This document shows positions 19,688 through 30,513 of a stretch of DNA of 64,000 nucleotides, in pieces; within the stretch, counting starts at the first letter, position 1, and each line of letters begins with the position of its first letter. The notes under the pieces were generated by a model, which worked only from the letters and a program-made list of their open reading frames with translations, was not told the DNA's origin and did not search any database. The translations under genes were made by a program, and so were the position numbers. Where the stretch lies: the NCBI GenBank assembly GCA_049997875.1, contig JBEKRC010000001.1, positions 108,609 through 172,608 of the forward strand. Reading direction: 5' to 3'. This stretch comes from Minisyncoccia bacterium. Its GTDB lineage: Bacteria; Patescibacteriota; Minisyncoccia; UBA6257; 2-01-FULL-56-20.

Positions 19688-20545
19688 ATGGGAGTACTCC
19701 TCGCTATTACCGCCTTGCTCTCGTGGGGCCTCGGCGATTTTCTGATCCAGCGAAGCACGAGGAGGTTCGGTGATTGGGTAGCGCTATTTTACATTACCGC
19801 ATTCGGGGCCATCATTTTATTCCCCTTTGCCTATCCAGGCCTTAGGGCTGCCATTCACAACCACCCGCTTTTGCTGTTGATTGCCTGCCTCGTCCTTTTG
19901 TTCGCCGCGCTGTTTGATTTTGAAGCGATGCGCATCGGCAAACTCTCCGTGGTAGAGCCGATTTTCGCTTTTGAGATACCGGTTACCGCATTCCTGGCGG
20001 CATATTTTATCAAAGAGCTGCTTACACCAGGGCAGGTTTTTTTCACGGCAACTTTAATAGCGGGAATCTTCCTCGTTTCTGCCCGCTCGCCTTCTTACCT
20101 TAAAAACATCCGCCTTGAAAAGGGTACGTGGTATGCCGTGCTCGGCACTATTGGCTTGGGAGCATCCAGTTTTCTTTTCGGCTTGGGAGCGCGAGAGACA
20201 AATCCTCTTGTGATCAATTGGATCACAGACGCCTTTATCGCGATAGTATCCATACTTTACTTGGCATTGACCTCTCGGCTCGGAGGGATTTGGTCCGATT
20301 TTAGAAATAATAAGCGGCTGATCCTGAATGTCAGTTTCTTTGACAAGCTCGCGTGGGTTACATTTTCTTATGCGACGCTTTTTATCCCCATCGCGGTTGC
20401 GACCGGCATCAGCGAGGGGTATATCGCGTTCGCGGCGGGGCTGGGACTTATGTTCAATAAAGAAAAACTCAGGCTCCACCAATGGATCGGCCTTCTCCTC
20501 GCGATAGCATCCGTGATCGTCCTCGCGCTTACGACCGCCGGATAA
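19688..20545 (+). CDS. DMT/EamA-family transporter
   Basis: 10 TM in two EamA repeats (FIKELL, FNKEKL). Confidence 0.88.
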   Translation: MGVLLAITALLSWGLGDFLIQRSTRRFGDWVALFYITAFGAIILFPFAYPGLRAAIHNHPLLLLIACLVLLFAALFDFEAMRIGKLSVVEPIFAFEIPVTAFLAAYFIKELLTPGQVFFTATLIAGIFLVSARSPSYLKNIRLEKGTWYAVLGTIGLGASSFLFGLGARETNPLVINWITDAFIAIVSILYLALTSRLGGIWSDFRNNKRLILNVSFFDKLAWVTFSYATLFIPIAVATGISEGYIAFAAGLGLMFNKEKLRLHQWIGLLLAIASVIVLALTTAG

Positions 20546-20556
20546 CTAGAACCCGG

Positions 20557-21156
20557 TTATTTTGAATTCTTGATGATCTCGTCAATCACGCCGTAAGCTT
20601 TCGCTTCGTCTGCAGAAAGCCAGAAGTCGCGGTCAGTGTCCTTCTCGATTTTCGCGAGCGGCTGCCCGGTGTGCTTGGAAAGCAGTTCATTGAGCCGCTG
20701 TTTTGTTTTTACGATTTGTTTCGCCGCAATCTCAATCTCAATCGCCTGGCCTTCCGCGCCGCCCATCACCTGGTGAAGCAAGATCTGCGAATTCGGCAGC
20801 GCAAGCCGCTTGCCCTTCTGGCCTGCCGCGAGCAAAAACGCGCCCATGGACGCCGCGATCCCCACGCACATGGTGGAAACATCGGACTTTACAAATTGCA
20901 TCGTATCATAGACCGCCATCCCTGCCGTGACCGAGCCGCCGGGGCTGTTGATATAAAGCTTGATGTCTTTTTTCTGATCCTCATGGTCCAAAAAAAGCAG
21001 CTGTGCGATCACCGTGTTCGCCACGGCGTCGCTGATTGGCCCGCCAAGGAAAATGATGCGCTCTTTAAGAAGGCGCGAGTAGATATCGTAGGCACGTTCG
21101 CCAAACTGCGACTTTTCGATAACCGTCGGGATGAGATATTGGTTCTCTGGTTCCAT
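20557..21156 (-). CDS. clpP: ATP-dependent Clp protease proteolytic subunit
   Basis: [34 protein letters not shown]. Confidence 0.98.
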   Translation of the reverse strand: MEPENQYLIPTVIEKSQFGERAYDIYSRLLKERIIFLGGPISDAVANTVIAQLLFLDHEDQKKDIKLYINSPGGSVTAGMAVYDTMQFVKSDVSTMCVGIAASMGAFLLAAGQKGKRLALPNSQILLHQVMGGAEGQAIEIEIAAKQIVKTKQRLNELLSKHTGQPLAKIEKDTDRDFWLSADEAKAYGVIDEIIKNSK

Positions 21157-21211
21157 GGATTTGTAAATATTATACGCTTGTTCTTGTTACATTACTTATT
21201 TAGGGCGGGAG

Positions 21212-21265
21212 CCCTGTGTGGTTCGGCGGCAGCCCTTCTTAGTACTGACGCCGAACCACACAGGG
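21212..21265. repeat. 17-bp inverted repeat between hppA and clpP
   Basis: CCCTGTGTGGTTCGGCG ... CGCCGAACCACACAGGG. Confidence 0.75.
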
Positions 21266-21276
21266 TGACCATCTTA

Positions 21277-23283
21277 TTATAAGAATGGTACGAGCAACAA
21301 AGCAATAATGTTGATGATCTTGATGACGGGATTGATTGCCGGCCCTGCGGTGTCCTTATACGGATCGCCCACGGTGTCGCCGGTGACCGCGGCCTTGTGC
21401 GTTTCCGAACCCTTGCCGCCCAAGTTGCCCTCCTCAATATACTTCTTCGCGTTGTCCCACGCCGCGCCGCCGGAGGTCATGGAAACCGCGACGAAAAGTC
21501 CGGTGACGATGGAGCCCACGAGCAGTCCGCCGAGCGCGAGCGGCCCGAGAAGGAACGCCACCGCAATCGGCACGAGCACGGGCAGAAGCGCGGGCACGAT
21601 CATTTCTCTGATTGCGGCCGCCGTAACAATATCAACGCTCTTTGCGTAATCTGGCTTCGCGCTTCCCTCCATGATCCCCGGAATTTCCCTGAACTGCCGA
21701 CGCACTTCGTTCACGATACCGCCCGCCGCTTTGCCAACCGCGCGCATAGAGAGGGATGCAAAGAGGTACGGGATCATGCCGCCGAGCAAGAGCCCCACTA
21801 TAATTTTCGGATTGGAGAGATCAAATTGTATGGCGGCACCGCCATGTTTGTTTTGCAAATCTTGAACGTATGCCGAGAAGAGAACGACCGCCGCAAGCCC
21901 TGCCGAACCGATCGCGTAGCCCTTTGTAACTGCCTTCGTCGTGTTCCCTACCGCATCAAGCGCATCGGTCACCTTGCGCACTTCGTCCGGCAATCCGGCC
22001 ATCTCCGCGATGCCGCCGGCGTTGTCCGTGATCGGACCGAAGGCATCAATCGCAACCACAATGCCCGCCATGGAAAGCATGCTCATCGTGGCGAGCGCGA
22101 TGCCGTACAAGCCGGTGGTTGCATACGCCGTGAGGATTCCCGCGACGATCACGATGACCGGCAGCGCGGTTGATTCCATTCCCACCGAAAGCCCGGTGAT
22201 GATATTTGTGCCGTGCCCCGTCGTTGATGCTTCGGCGATAGAGCGTACCGGCCGGAATTTCTTTGAAGTGTAATATTCTGTGATCAAAACGATGAGTCCC
22301 GTCACCAAGATCCCCACGAGCATTGGGTAGAAAAGCTGCGCGAAGTTCAAACCGTTCCCCGCGCCGCTCGTCGCCGCCGCGTAACCGTCCGACAAGAACC
22401 AGAAGCCGATGAGAGAAATCACGCTCGCGGCGATAAGTCCTTTATAGAGCGCACCCATGATTGACTGGCTCTTGCCGAGCCGTACGAAGAAGATGCCGAG
22501 GATGGAACTCACGACGGAGATGCCGCCGATCACAAGTGGCAAAAGCACTGCACTCTCCGACCCAGGGAACATCAAACTTCCTAGAATCATCACGGCGACC
22601 GCCGTGACGGCGTACGTTTCAAAAAGGTCCGCAGCCATGCCGGCGCAGTCGCCGACATTGTCGCCGACGTTGTCCGCAATCACCGCCGGATTCCGGGGGT
22701 CATCTTCCGGAATTCCCGCTTCAACTTTGCCGACAAGATCCGCGCCGACATCGGCGCCTTTCGTAAAGATGCCGCCGCCCAGTCGCGCGAAGACCGATAT
22801 CAAACTTCCGCCGAATCCCAATCCGATGAGCGCCCGCACATCGTGCGTAATCGCATAGAAACCGGAAACGGAAATAAGCGCGAGTCCGACGACGAGGAGT
22901 CCCGTTACCGTCCCGCCCTCGAACGCAATGCCGAGCGCCTGTTTGAGCCCCGACCTTGCCGCCTCCGCGGTCTTCACGTTCGCGCGCACCGACATGTTCA
23001 TGCCGATATACCCCGCGAGCGCCGAGGCAAAGGCGCCAATGATGAACCCCGCCATCGTCGTCACATTCAAGAACACGCCGATCAAAATCGCAACGACGAC
23101 CGCCACGATTGCAACGGTTTTGTACTGACGATTCAAGTATGCCTTCGCGCCTGTTTGGATCGCGCGCGCGATCTCCTGCATTTTTTCGTTGCCCGCAGGC
23201 GCCTTCCCAATTTTCCAGATCAACGCCGCTGCGCACACGACCGCGAGCACCCCAGCCCCTAATGCAAACGTTATCGCCGACAT
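21277..23283 (-). CDS. hppA: membrane H+-translocating pyrophosphatase, K+-independent type
   Basis: [26 protein letters not shown] (Lys variant), [10 protein letters not shown]. Confidence 0.96.
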   Translation of the reverse strand: MSAITFALGAGVLAVVCAAALIWKIGKAPAGNEKMQEIARAIQTGAKAYLNRQYKTVAIVAVVVAILIGVFLNVTTMAGFIIGAFASALAGYIGMNMSVRANVKTAEAARSGLKQALGIAFEGGTVTGLLVVGLALISVSGFYAITHDVRALIGLGFGGSLISVFARLGGGIFTKGADVGADLVGKVEAGIPEDDPRNPAVIADNVGDNVGDCAGMAADLFETYAVTAVAVMILGSLMFPGSESAVLLPLVIGGISVVSSILGIFFVRLGKSQSIMGALYKGLIAASVISLIGFWFLSDGYAAATSGAGNGLNFAQLFYPMLVGILVTGLIVLITEYYTSKKFRPVRSIAEASTTGHGTNIITGLSVGMESTALPVIVIVAGILTAYATTGLYGIALATMSMLSMAGIVVAIDAFGPITDNAGGIAEMAGLPDEVRKVTDALDAVGNTTKAVTKGYAIGSAGLAAVVLFSAYVQDLQNKHGGAAIQFDLSNPKIIVGLLLGGMIPYLFASLSMRAVGKAAGGIVNEVRRQFREIPGIMEGSAKPDYAKSVDIVTAAAIREMIVPALLPVLVPIAVAFLLGPLALGGLLVGSIVTGLFVAVSMTSGGAAWDNAKKYIEEGNLGGKGSETHKAAVTGDTVGDPYKDTAGPAINPVIKIINIIALLLVPFL

Positions 23284-23287
23284 ATTT

Positions 23288-24559
23288 TTATATTATAGCG
23301 TCCTTTTCATCGTCGTCCTCCTCGGGAGCCGCGATCTGGTCCGTTTCCATCGTTCCCGCCACGCCGCCCTCCTGCGTTTCCTCGGGCCGCGACTGCGACC
23401 GCACGTCAATCTTCCATCCGGTAAGCTTCGCCGCGAGCCGCACATTCTGCCCGCCCTTTCCGATTGCCAAGCTCAGCTGGTTCTCCGGCACGTACGCGCG
23501 CGCTTCGCGCCGTGGAAGGATCTCCACTCTTTCCACTTTTGCCGGCGAGAGGGCGTTTGCAATAAACCTTTCCGGATCTTCCGACCATTCCGCGATGTCA
23601 ATTTTTTCGTTGCCCAACTCGTTGTTCACTGCCATCACGCGCGTCCCCCGCTGGCCAACCAGCGCGCCAACCGGATCAATCCCTTCTGCACTGGAAAACG
23701 CTGCCACTTTCGTGCGATTCCCCGGCTCACGCGCAATGGCTTTGATTTCAATCGCGCCTTCCGCAAGTTCCGGCACCTCCATGCGGAAAAGCTCGGTCAC
23801 GAACTTCGGATGCGAACGCGAAAGAATGATTCCCGGAAGCCGCGTGTCTTCCTGCACCGCAAGCACGAGGAAACGCAAGCGTTCACCGGAACGGTAATGC
23901 TCCGTAGGAATTGATTCGTTTGCAAACATCACGCCGACCGTCCGCCCAAGATCAATGAACACATTTCCCCGCTCAAACCGCTGCACAACGCCGCTCACGA
24001 TCTGGCCTTCCTTGCCGCGCCATTCGCTCAAGATTGAATCGCGCTCCGACTCGCGCAGCTTTTGCAGAATTACCTGCTTCGCCGTCTGAGCCGCAATTCT
24101 CCCGAAATCATCGTGCGTTTCAAGTTCAAACGTGATTTCGTCCCCAACCTGCGCTCCCTTCTTTATCTTCCGTGCCTCTTCTAAAGTAATGTGTCGCTCC
24201 GGATTGAACCGCGGGAGTTTTTCCTCTTCGGTCGTGGCTTCCTGGCCCGCGCGTCCTTTTTTCTCCTCCTTCTTTTCCTCTACTTTCTTCTCCTCCACTT
24301 TTTCTCCACCCTCTGCTTCTTCCGCGTCAGACACAAAACGCACGGTGTTTTCGTCAACCACCGTTTTCGTCTGCCAAAATTTCAGCTCGCCGGTCGCTTG
24401 ATCCAGCTTGCATTTTACGACCTCGCCGCGCTGGCCATACTCCCTTTTGTACGCTGCCGCAATGGACGCTTCAATAACCTCAAGAACATCCTCGGGCTTC
24501 AGTCCTTTTTCTTCCGCTACCTGCTTCAACGCTTTTGATAACTCCTTTATGTTAAGCAT
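23288..24559 (-). CDS. nusA: transcription factor NusA
   Basis: [12 protein letters not shown]1 and KH domains, [22 protein letters not shown]. Confidence 0.97.
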   Translation of the reverse strand: MLNIKELSKALKQVAEEKGLKPEDVLEVIEASIAAAYKREYGQRGEVVKCKLDQATGELKFWQTKTVVDENTVRFVSDAEEAEGGEKVEEKKVEEKKEEKKGRAGQEATTEEEKLPRFNPERHITLEEARKIKKGAQVGDEITFELETHDDFGRIAAQTAKQVILQKLRESERDSILSEWRGKEGQIVSGVVQRFERGNVFIDLGRTVGVMFANESIPTEHYRSGERLRFLVLAVQEDTRLPGIILSRSHPKFVTELFRMEVPELAEGAIEIKAIAREPGNRTKVAAFSSAEGIDPVGALVGQRGTRVMAVNNELGNEKIDIAEWSEDPERFIANALSPAKVERVEILPRREARAYVPENQLSLAIGKGGQNVRLAAKLTGWKIDVRSQSRPEETQEGGVAGTMETDQIAAPEEDDDEKDAII

Positions 24560-24565
24560 TTCTTT

Positions 24566-24633
24566 AAAAAAGCCCGCTCACAAGCGGACCACGAATACCT
24601 CTCCATAGTATTCCCGCTCTTGCCGCCCGTCAA
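24566..24633 (-). promoter_or_regulatory. nusA promoter and leader terminator (rimP-leader-like attenuator)
   Basis: TTGACG-17-TACTAT, then GGTCCGCT-TGTG-AGCGGGCT-TTTTT just before the ATG. Confidence 0.65.
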
Positions 24634-25028
24634 GGGCTAATATTCTCATAATGCCGGACGTCCGATACCTTGCCGTTGGAACTTATATCAATAGCAATAA
24701 GATCAATCCGCCATCCTTTTTCCTCGTCAATCAGCTCCGGATGCTGCCTTGCAAAAAATTCGCAGGTCCGGCTTATTTTCCTGAACTTTGCCGCCGTCAA
24801 ATTATCTTCTGGTGTAAGTGCAAACTGGTTAAACTCGCCGTAAACTTCTCCTGTCGCAAAAGATTTTACTTCGCAAAATACCAGAGTCCCATCCGGCGAC
24901 ATGGCGATAATATCAATTTCATCCGCCTTCCTACGATAATTTCGTTCTAATATTTCCCACTGGTTTTGAACAAGATATCCGCAAGCTATTTCCTCACCTG
25001 ATTTCCCAACTTCGCTTTTGTTTTTCAT
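24630..25028 (-). CDS. yraN: YraN (UPF0102) family nuclease-like protein
   Basis: GKSGEEIACGYL, ILERNY, EIDIIA, FCEVK, RIDLIAI. Confidence 0.92.
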   Translation of the reverse strand: MKNKSEVGKSGEEIACGYLVQNQWEILERNYRRKADEIDIIAMSPDGTLVFCEVKSFATGEVYGEFNQFALTPEDNLTAAKFRKISRTCEFFARQHPELIDEEKGWRIDLIAIDISSNGKVSDVRHYENISP

Positions 25029-25095
25029 AAATTTTTTAGAATTTTTTAATGGTAAATATGTTATGTTTTACCCACAAACATTAATAATTGGTTTT

Positions 25096-25551
25096 ATGAC
25101 AAACATCGAAGAAAATAGGCTAAGCTATGAATTTATCCGTGGCCTCATTGTCGGAGAGGGCTGTTTCACATTTTGCGGCGCAGGGATTGGTCCACAAAAA
25201 TCTAAGATTCCAACATTCGCTCTTGCTATGTCTGAAGTAGATAGTAATCTCATAACCTTAGTCAGAGACAGGCTTACGCTAAAAAATAAAGTCTATAATT
25301 ACGGCCCTAGGAAAAGCAAAGATCAGTATTCACGCATGGGAAGAGCCGTCTTAATGGTTAGAGATTTTGGACAACTAAAGAATGTGATTGTTCCACTTTG
25401 CTATAAAAAACTTCATGGAAATAAGGCGAAGCAATTTGAGGAATGGATGGAAAAAATTGGAAGCGAACCATATGTTCAGGAAAGCTACAGATTTATTTAT
25501 AAAATTTATAAAGCTGGATTTTATGAAAATATTCACAAATATGATTTTTAA
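25096..25551 (+). CDS. free-standing single-motif LAGLIDADG homing endonuclease-like protein
   Basis: FIRGLIVGEGCF motif and LHGNKAKQFEEW; AT-rich relative to flanks. Confidence 0.85.
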   Translation: MTNIEENRLSYEFIRGLIVGEGCFTFCGAGIGPQKSKIPTFALAMSEVDSNLITLVRDRLTLKNKVYNYGPRKSKDQYSRMGRAVLMVRDFGQLKNVIVPLCYKKLHGNKAKQFEEWMEKIGSEPYVQESYRFIYKIYKAGFYENIHKYDF

Positions 25552-25642
25552 TTTGTTCTCCGCGAAACAAGATTGTTAAACATTTTTGTTTGTCATGAGG
25601 AAAATTAAGCTTATCGGGTTATTTGATTAAATAATAATTAAT

Positions 25643-25778
25643 CTGGCAATGCGGCAAAATGCAATCCGGCAAGTAATCCGGCAAAAACCGGCAAAGATTC
25701 CGGCAAACAAAGATTAAATTTTTAATAATTGCCGGAAACAGGATTTGCACAGCATAGTAACATCGTTGAATTGCCGGA
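25643..25778. repeat. array of (T)CCGGCAA repeats: 6 direct (2 degenerate) and 2 inverted
   Basis: copies at 25643, 25651, 25665, 25677, 25687, 25699; TTGCCGGA at 25729 and 25771. Confidence 0.8.
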
Positions 25779-25799
25779 TTAAAAGCCTGCTAGAATGTT

Positions 25800-26138
25800 A
25801 TGACCATGGAAGCTAACCAACTTGAGAAGTATAAGAGGGAACTTGAGAAAGAGCGACTGCTCCTTCTCGCCGAGATCAAGCAAAACGAGCGGCCCGTTGA
25901 TTTTGGCAACGAAACGAATCGCCCCGAGGAAGAAACTGACGAGGTAGAGGAGATCGGCAATCAGATGGCGGTTGCCCAGGATCTGAAGAACCGCCTGGCA
26001 GAGATTGATGCCGCGCTTGCGAAAATCTACAACGGGAAATATGGTGCCTGCGAGCAGTGCGGTAGAACAATTGAGACTGCCGTGCTTGACGTAGACCCGG
26101 AATCCCGCTTCTGCAAGCATTGCAAATCAGGAAAATAA
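25800..26138 (+). CDS. TraR/DksA C4-type zinc-finger protein
   Basis: coiled coil plus GKYGACEQCG...RFCKHC. Confidence 0.9.
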   Translation: MTMEANQLEKYKRELEKERLLLLAEIKQNERPVDFGNETNRPEEETDEVEEIGNQMAVAQDLKNRLAEIDAALAKIYNGKYGACEQCGRTIETAVLDVDPESRFCKHCKSGK

Positions 26139-26189
26139 TGCAAGGAACCTTTTATAAGTTTTTAATCGGTGGCATGGTATGAGTGGGGG

Positions 26190-27728
26190 GTGACCACCAA
26201 AAATCTTGCGAAGATTTATTCCGCGGAACTTGAGGGTATCAACGCCAAACTCATAGAAGTGGAGATTGACCTCAACGTCGGCCTTCATTCTTTCAATATC
26301 GTCGGCCTTGCCGACAAGGCACTCAATGAAGCGAAGGAGAGGGTCAACTCTGCGATCAAAAACTGTGGCGCGAAACCGCCGAACCGAGAGAACAGAAGGA
26401 TCACCATTAATCTCGCCCCTGCCGACATACAAAAAACGGGCTCGCACTATGATCTTGCGATCGCGCTCGGTTATTTGCTCGCAACAAAACAGATACAGAG
26501 AATTGAGACCGGTGATAAAGTTTTCGTCGGCGAGCTTGCGCTTGACGGCAGGCTGCGCCCCGTGAATGGCGCGCTCAACATTGCGCAAATGGCGCGCAAC
26601 ATGGGTTTCAAATATTTTTTTCTCCCGAAACAAAATGCGAATGAAGCATCGGCAATATGCGGGATAGAAATAGTTCCGCTGGAAAATCTCGGGGAGGCCA
26701 TCGCCATACTTGAAGGGCGGCAAACGAGCGGCGCGCAAAGTCCCGCCCCTTCCGATCCGCACAAAGAGAGAATTGAAACATTCCCCGATTTTTCAGAGGT
26801 CATAGGCCAAGAAAACGCAAAACGCGCGCTCGCGATCGCCGCGGCAGGCAATCACAACCTGCTTATGATCGGACCGCCCGGCGTAGGGAAAAGCATGCTC
26901 GCGCAAGCGCTCGCCGGCATTTTGCCGAAACTCACGGTCCCGGAAGCAATAGAGATCACGAAAATCTGGAGCGCGGCGGGACTGAGCCGCGGCCAGCTTA
27001 TCCGCCACCGACCGTTCCGCGCGCCGCACCAAACCGCATCAATCGCTGCGCTCATCGGCGGCGGCCAGGATCCGAAACCGGGCGAGATAAGCCTCGCGCA
27101 TCGCGGGGTGCTTTTCCTGGACGAACTTCCGGAGTTTCAGAAAAATCTTCTTGAAGCGTTGCGCGAACCAATGGAGGCGGGATCAATCCATGTCATGCGC
27201 GCAAAGCAAAGCTTCCTTTTCCCGGCGCGGTTCGCGCTCGTGGCCGCGATGAATCCGTGTCCCTGCGGCTATTACGGCGACGCGGAAAAAGAATGCAAAT
27301 GCGCCGCATACGAGGTGATTAAGTATCGGAAAAAAATTTCAGGCCCCCTCTTAGATCGCATCGATCTGCAAATCACGGTAGGGCGCATAAAGATAGGAGA
27401 ACTGCGGAAAGGGGACCGTGAGGGGCCCGCAAGCCCCGCGATCCGAGAGCGCATTGAAACGGCGCGGGACGTGCAGCGAGAACGGTTCAAGCGGCTCAAC
27501 ATCGCGACGAACGCCGAGATGAGTTCGCGGGAAACACGGCTGCTCATCCGCCTTGGGCCGCCCGCGGAAAAGTTTCTCACAACGCTTGAGAGAAGCCGCA
27601 TCTCCCCGCGCGGCTATTACCGCATCCTCAAGGTCGCACGGACGATTGCCGACCTTGAAGGAAGCGGCTGCGTCTCCGCAGAGCACGTCGCCGAAGCGTT
27701 CAGTTACCGCCTGCGGGAGGAAGTTTAA
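26190..27728 (+). CDS. comM: ComM/YifB Mg-chelatase-like AAA+ ATPase
   Basis: ITINLAPAD, GPPGVGKS, GEISLAHRGVLFLDELPEF, AAMNPCPCG, ARTIADL. Confidence 0.95.
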   Translation: MTTKNLAKIYSAELEGINAKLIEVEIDLNVGLHSFNIVGLADKALNEAKERVNSAIKNCGAKPPNRENRRITINLAPADIQKTGSHYDLAIALGYLLATKQIQRIETGDKVFVGELALDGRLRPVNGALNIAQMARNMGFKYFFLPKQNANEASAICGIEIVPLENLGEAIAILEGRQTSGAQSPAPSDPHKERIETFPDFSEVIGQENAKRALAIAAAGNHNLLMIGPPGVGKSMLAQALAGILPKLTVPEAIEITKIWSAAGLSRGQLIRHRPFRAPHQTASIAALIGGGQDPKPGEISLAHRGVLFLDELPEFQKNLLEALREPMEAGSIHVMRAKQSFLFPARFALVAAMNPCPCGYYGDAEKECKCAAYEVIKYRKKISGPLLDRIDLQITVGRIKIGELRKGDREGPASPAIRERIETARDVQRERFKRLNIATNAEMSSRETRLLIRLGPPAEKFLTTLERSRISPRGYYRILKVARTIADLEGSGCVSAEHVAEAFSYRLREEV

Positions 27729-27764
27729 AACTCCCCCTTCTGCACACTGGTATAATAGAAGACA

Positions 27765-29387
27765 ATGATCGCAAAAGCTCTCCGACGGATTGAAGATGTC
27801 ACTGCGCCGTTTTGGCAATGGTGTGCCGGCTTCCTCGGCATTCTTTTCGTCAGGTTTTTTCTAGAAAACCTTTCAAGCCCCGCGCCCAGTTTCCCGGGAA
27901 CGCCTGACGCCGCAACGCTCGTCCATTATTTTCTCTTCTACGTGACGATTTTCATCTCCTTCTCTCTTGTTCTTTACCTATTCATTCCGGACCTCACAAA
28001 GATCACAAAATTCTTATTCTTCGGTTTGCCGATTATTTGGCTTCCTCCCATTGTTGACCTCATCGTTTCGCACGGCGGGGGATACCACATAGCCTACATA
28101 TTCCCGGAAAACATAGGGGCGCTTTGGAATGACTTTCTGCGAATGGGAGGCTCCTCACCGCTCGGGGGGGTAACCCCCGGACTCCGTGCGGAACTTATTG
28201 CAATTCTCGCCGGTTCCCTGGCGTACGCGTTCGTAAAAACGAAGAGTGTTATCAAATCGATTGGTGCCGCTTTCTCCATGTATCTTGTGTGGTTTTTCCT
28301 ATTTGTCTTTCCTGCCCTCATCGCCGCGGCAGCCCGCTTGTGGGCCGGAGGATCGCCCGTGGCGCCATTGCTCTCTTCTCTCACGTCGGGATTCCTGTCT
28401 TCGCATCTTCTCCCAAATTTCATCAAGCCAAATCTTCTCCCTTCCTATGTGCACGCAACAGAAATCGGGTTTAACATCGGAACAGCCGCCATCTTTTACC
28501 TTTTTGATTTCATTCTTATCGCATACTGGGCATTCCTTTGTAACCCCAGGACGGTCGCGGCGCTCGTTCACAACGTGCGCCCCGGAAGAACCGCGTATTA
28601 CCTCGGCATGATCGTGCTCGGCGTAATCATAGCGGAGAAACTGGGGCCTGCCTCGGCCTTCACGAGTTGGGTTGACTTCGTACTTTTCCTCGTTCTCCTT
28701 CTCGCGTATTTCTCCGCATTCCTCTTTGCCGTTGGCATGAACGACCTTGCCGACGTGAAAATCGATCGGATAAGCAACAGCCATCGGCCACTTCCGTCCG
28801 GCATACTTAGAGAAGCAGACATTGCGAACAGCAACGTCTTCTTTCTTACCTCCTCGCTCATAGGCGGATTTATCTCGGGTTACTGGACGCTCTTCGCCAT
28901 CGCGGTTTTCACTGCGGCGTATTATATCTACTCGGCCCCCCCGCTGCGCCTGAAGCGCATTCCTTTTATCTCCACTTTCCTTATCGCAATCGCAACGCTC
29001 GGAACGCTCATGGCGGGTTTTTATTTTGCCGACGCGAACAAGTTGGTGTCCGATTTTCCGATCCGGCTTGTCGCACTCATTCTCATTTGCATTACGCTCG
29101 CCGTGAATTTCAAGGACATCAAGGACGTTGCGGGGGATCGCGCGGACAATGTTTGGACGATTCCCGTCATCTTTGGCGAGGAGCGCGGAAAACAGATCGT
29201 GGGTATTCTCCTCGCGGCGGCGTTCCTCGCCGTTCCCGTGATCCTCGCGAACTGGCTTCTCTTTCTGCCGTCGCTTGCGGCCGCAATCCTCGGCTACATA
29301 TTCAGCATCGCGAAAAACTACCGCGAGTGGAAAATTTTCGTGCTCTATTTCTTATATCTCGCAGTTGTCGGCGCAATCCTTCTTTAA
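27765..29387 (+). CDS. UbiA-family prenyltransferase with extra N-terminal multi-TM domain
   Basis: NDLADVKIDRISNSHRPLPSG, YSAPPLRLK, KDIKDVAGD. Confidence 0.88.
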   Translation: MIAKALRRIEDVTAPFWQWCAGFLGILFVRFFLENLSSPAPSFPGTPDAATLVHYFLFYVTIFISFSLVLYLFIPDLTKITKFLFFGLPIIWLPPIVDLIVSHGGGYHIAYIFPENIGALWNDFLRMGGSSPLGGVTPGLRAELIAILAGSLAYAFVKTKSVIKSIGAAFSMYLVWFFLFVFPALIAAAARLWAGGSPVAPLLSSLTSGFLSSHLLPNFIKPNLLPSYVHATEIGFNIGTAAIFYLFDFILIAYWAFLCNPRTVAALVHNVRPGRTAYYLGMIVLGVIIAEKLGPASAFTSWVDFVLFLVLLLAYFSAFLFAVGMNDLADVKIDRISNSHRPLPSGILREADIANSNVFFLTSSLIGGFISGYWTLFAIAVFTAAYYIYSAPPLRLKRIPFISTFLIAIATLGTLMAGFYFADANKLVSDFPIRLVALILICITLAVNFKDIKDVAGDRADNVWTIPVIFGEERGKQIVGILLAAAFLAVPVILANWLLFLPSLAAAILGYIFSIAKNYREWKIFVLYFLYLAVVGAILL

Positions 29388-29399
29388 TAGCGCGATCTG

Positions 29400-30506
29400 T
29401 TATGTCTTCGCGAACGGATTCTGCGCTCCGTATACCTCAAAGTGCACGTGGCAGCCGGTTGCATCGCCGGTCTCGCCCATAAGCCCGATGACCTGTCCTT
29501 GCTTCACGTAATCTCCGATCTGCACCAGTATTTTTTCCAAGTGAGCATAGCGCGTGCGTACGCCGTCGCCGAAGGGATGCTCTATAAAAACAAAATTGCC
29601 GTAGCCCTCGTTCCAGCCGCCGATAGTGTCCGGGATGGCATCGTCGGGAACGACGAGCCCCTCGGCCGCGGCAACCACCGGAGTCCCGCACGAATTTGCA
29701 ATATCAACCGCGTTGTAGTGATGGAGGATCCCCCAATCGTAGCCGTTGGTAGGCATGATGAAATCCCCGTTGAGGTCCGGGAGCACGGAAGCGCTCGCGA
29801 GAATGGCAGCGTCCGTGCCGCCAGGTATGATAACCGGCGTTCCTGCATCAAGCGAACCGAAATTCACGCCCTGATTAAACTGCACTATTTTATCTTGAGG
29901 GATCCCGAACGAATCGGAGATTGACTCAAGCGTATCTCCGCTCTTTGTCTGGTACACCACGCCGGAGGTCGGCAATATTTTCAATTTCGTGCCGACCGCA
30001 AGCGCGGCAGCTCTCACGTCGGGGTTCGCGCTCACAATGGTATCAACCGAGATGCCGAAATTGGAGGCGATCTGTGAAAGCGTGTCTCCTTTTTGAACCA
30101 CATACGAGATCATGCCCGACCGGTCAAACGCGGGGCCGATCGGTGTTCCCGTGTCCTTTATCGCAGCATTATCGGAACTTTCGGAGGGAGCGATTTCTGC
30201 AGCTGCCGAGACAGAGCCAGAGCCGGGATCCCCGGGAAAAGTGGCACTGCCTGAATCTGTAGGAGCTACCCCGTCATTCGCGAGAAGCGCCGCGGCCGTC
30301 CCCTCAAACCCCGCGCCTTCGGCATTTGCGACGAAAGACGGAGAAGAGGCAGGGCCTCCGAGAACCCCCCGTTCCTCCGCGGGTCCGGTCTTCCCCGAAA
30401 ACCAGGCGCTTGCAAGAAGACACCCCATAACCAAAAAAGCAGCCACGGTTAATGGCTTATCTTTCCCATATAATTGTTTTACTATCGTACTAATAGAGAT
30501 AAGCAT
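29400..30506 (-). CDS. LysM x2 plus M23 peptidase
   Basis: YVVQKGDTLSQIA, YQTKSGDTLESIS, HNAVD-like HYNAVD, YAHL, HVHFEV; start uncertain. Confidence 0.92.
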   Translation of the reverse strand: MLISISTIVKQLYGKDKPLTVAAFLVMGCLLASAWFSGKTGPAEERGVLGGPASSPSFVANAEGAGFEGTAAALLANDGVAPTDSGSATFPGDPGSGSVSAAAEIAPSESSDNAAIKDTGTPIGPAFDRSGMISYVVQKGDTLSQIASNFGISVDTIVSANPDVRAAALAVGTKLKILPTSGVVYQTKSGDTLESISDSFGIPQDKIVQFNQGVNFGSLDAGTPVIIPGGTDAAILASASVLPDLNGDFIMPTNGYDWGILHHYNAVDIANSCGTPVVAAAEGLVVPDDAIPDTIGGWNEGYGNFVFIEHPFGDGVRTRYAHLEKILVQIGDYVKQGQVIGLMGETGDATGCHVHFEVYGAQNPFAKT

Positions 30507-30513
30507 AGCATAC

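Noticed and set aside
25029-25790. Group I intron or intein hosting the LAGLIDADG ORF
   Set aside because: Flanking genes are intact and no split gene or splice motifs are visible
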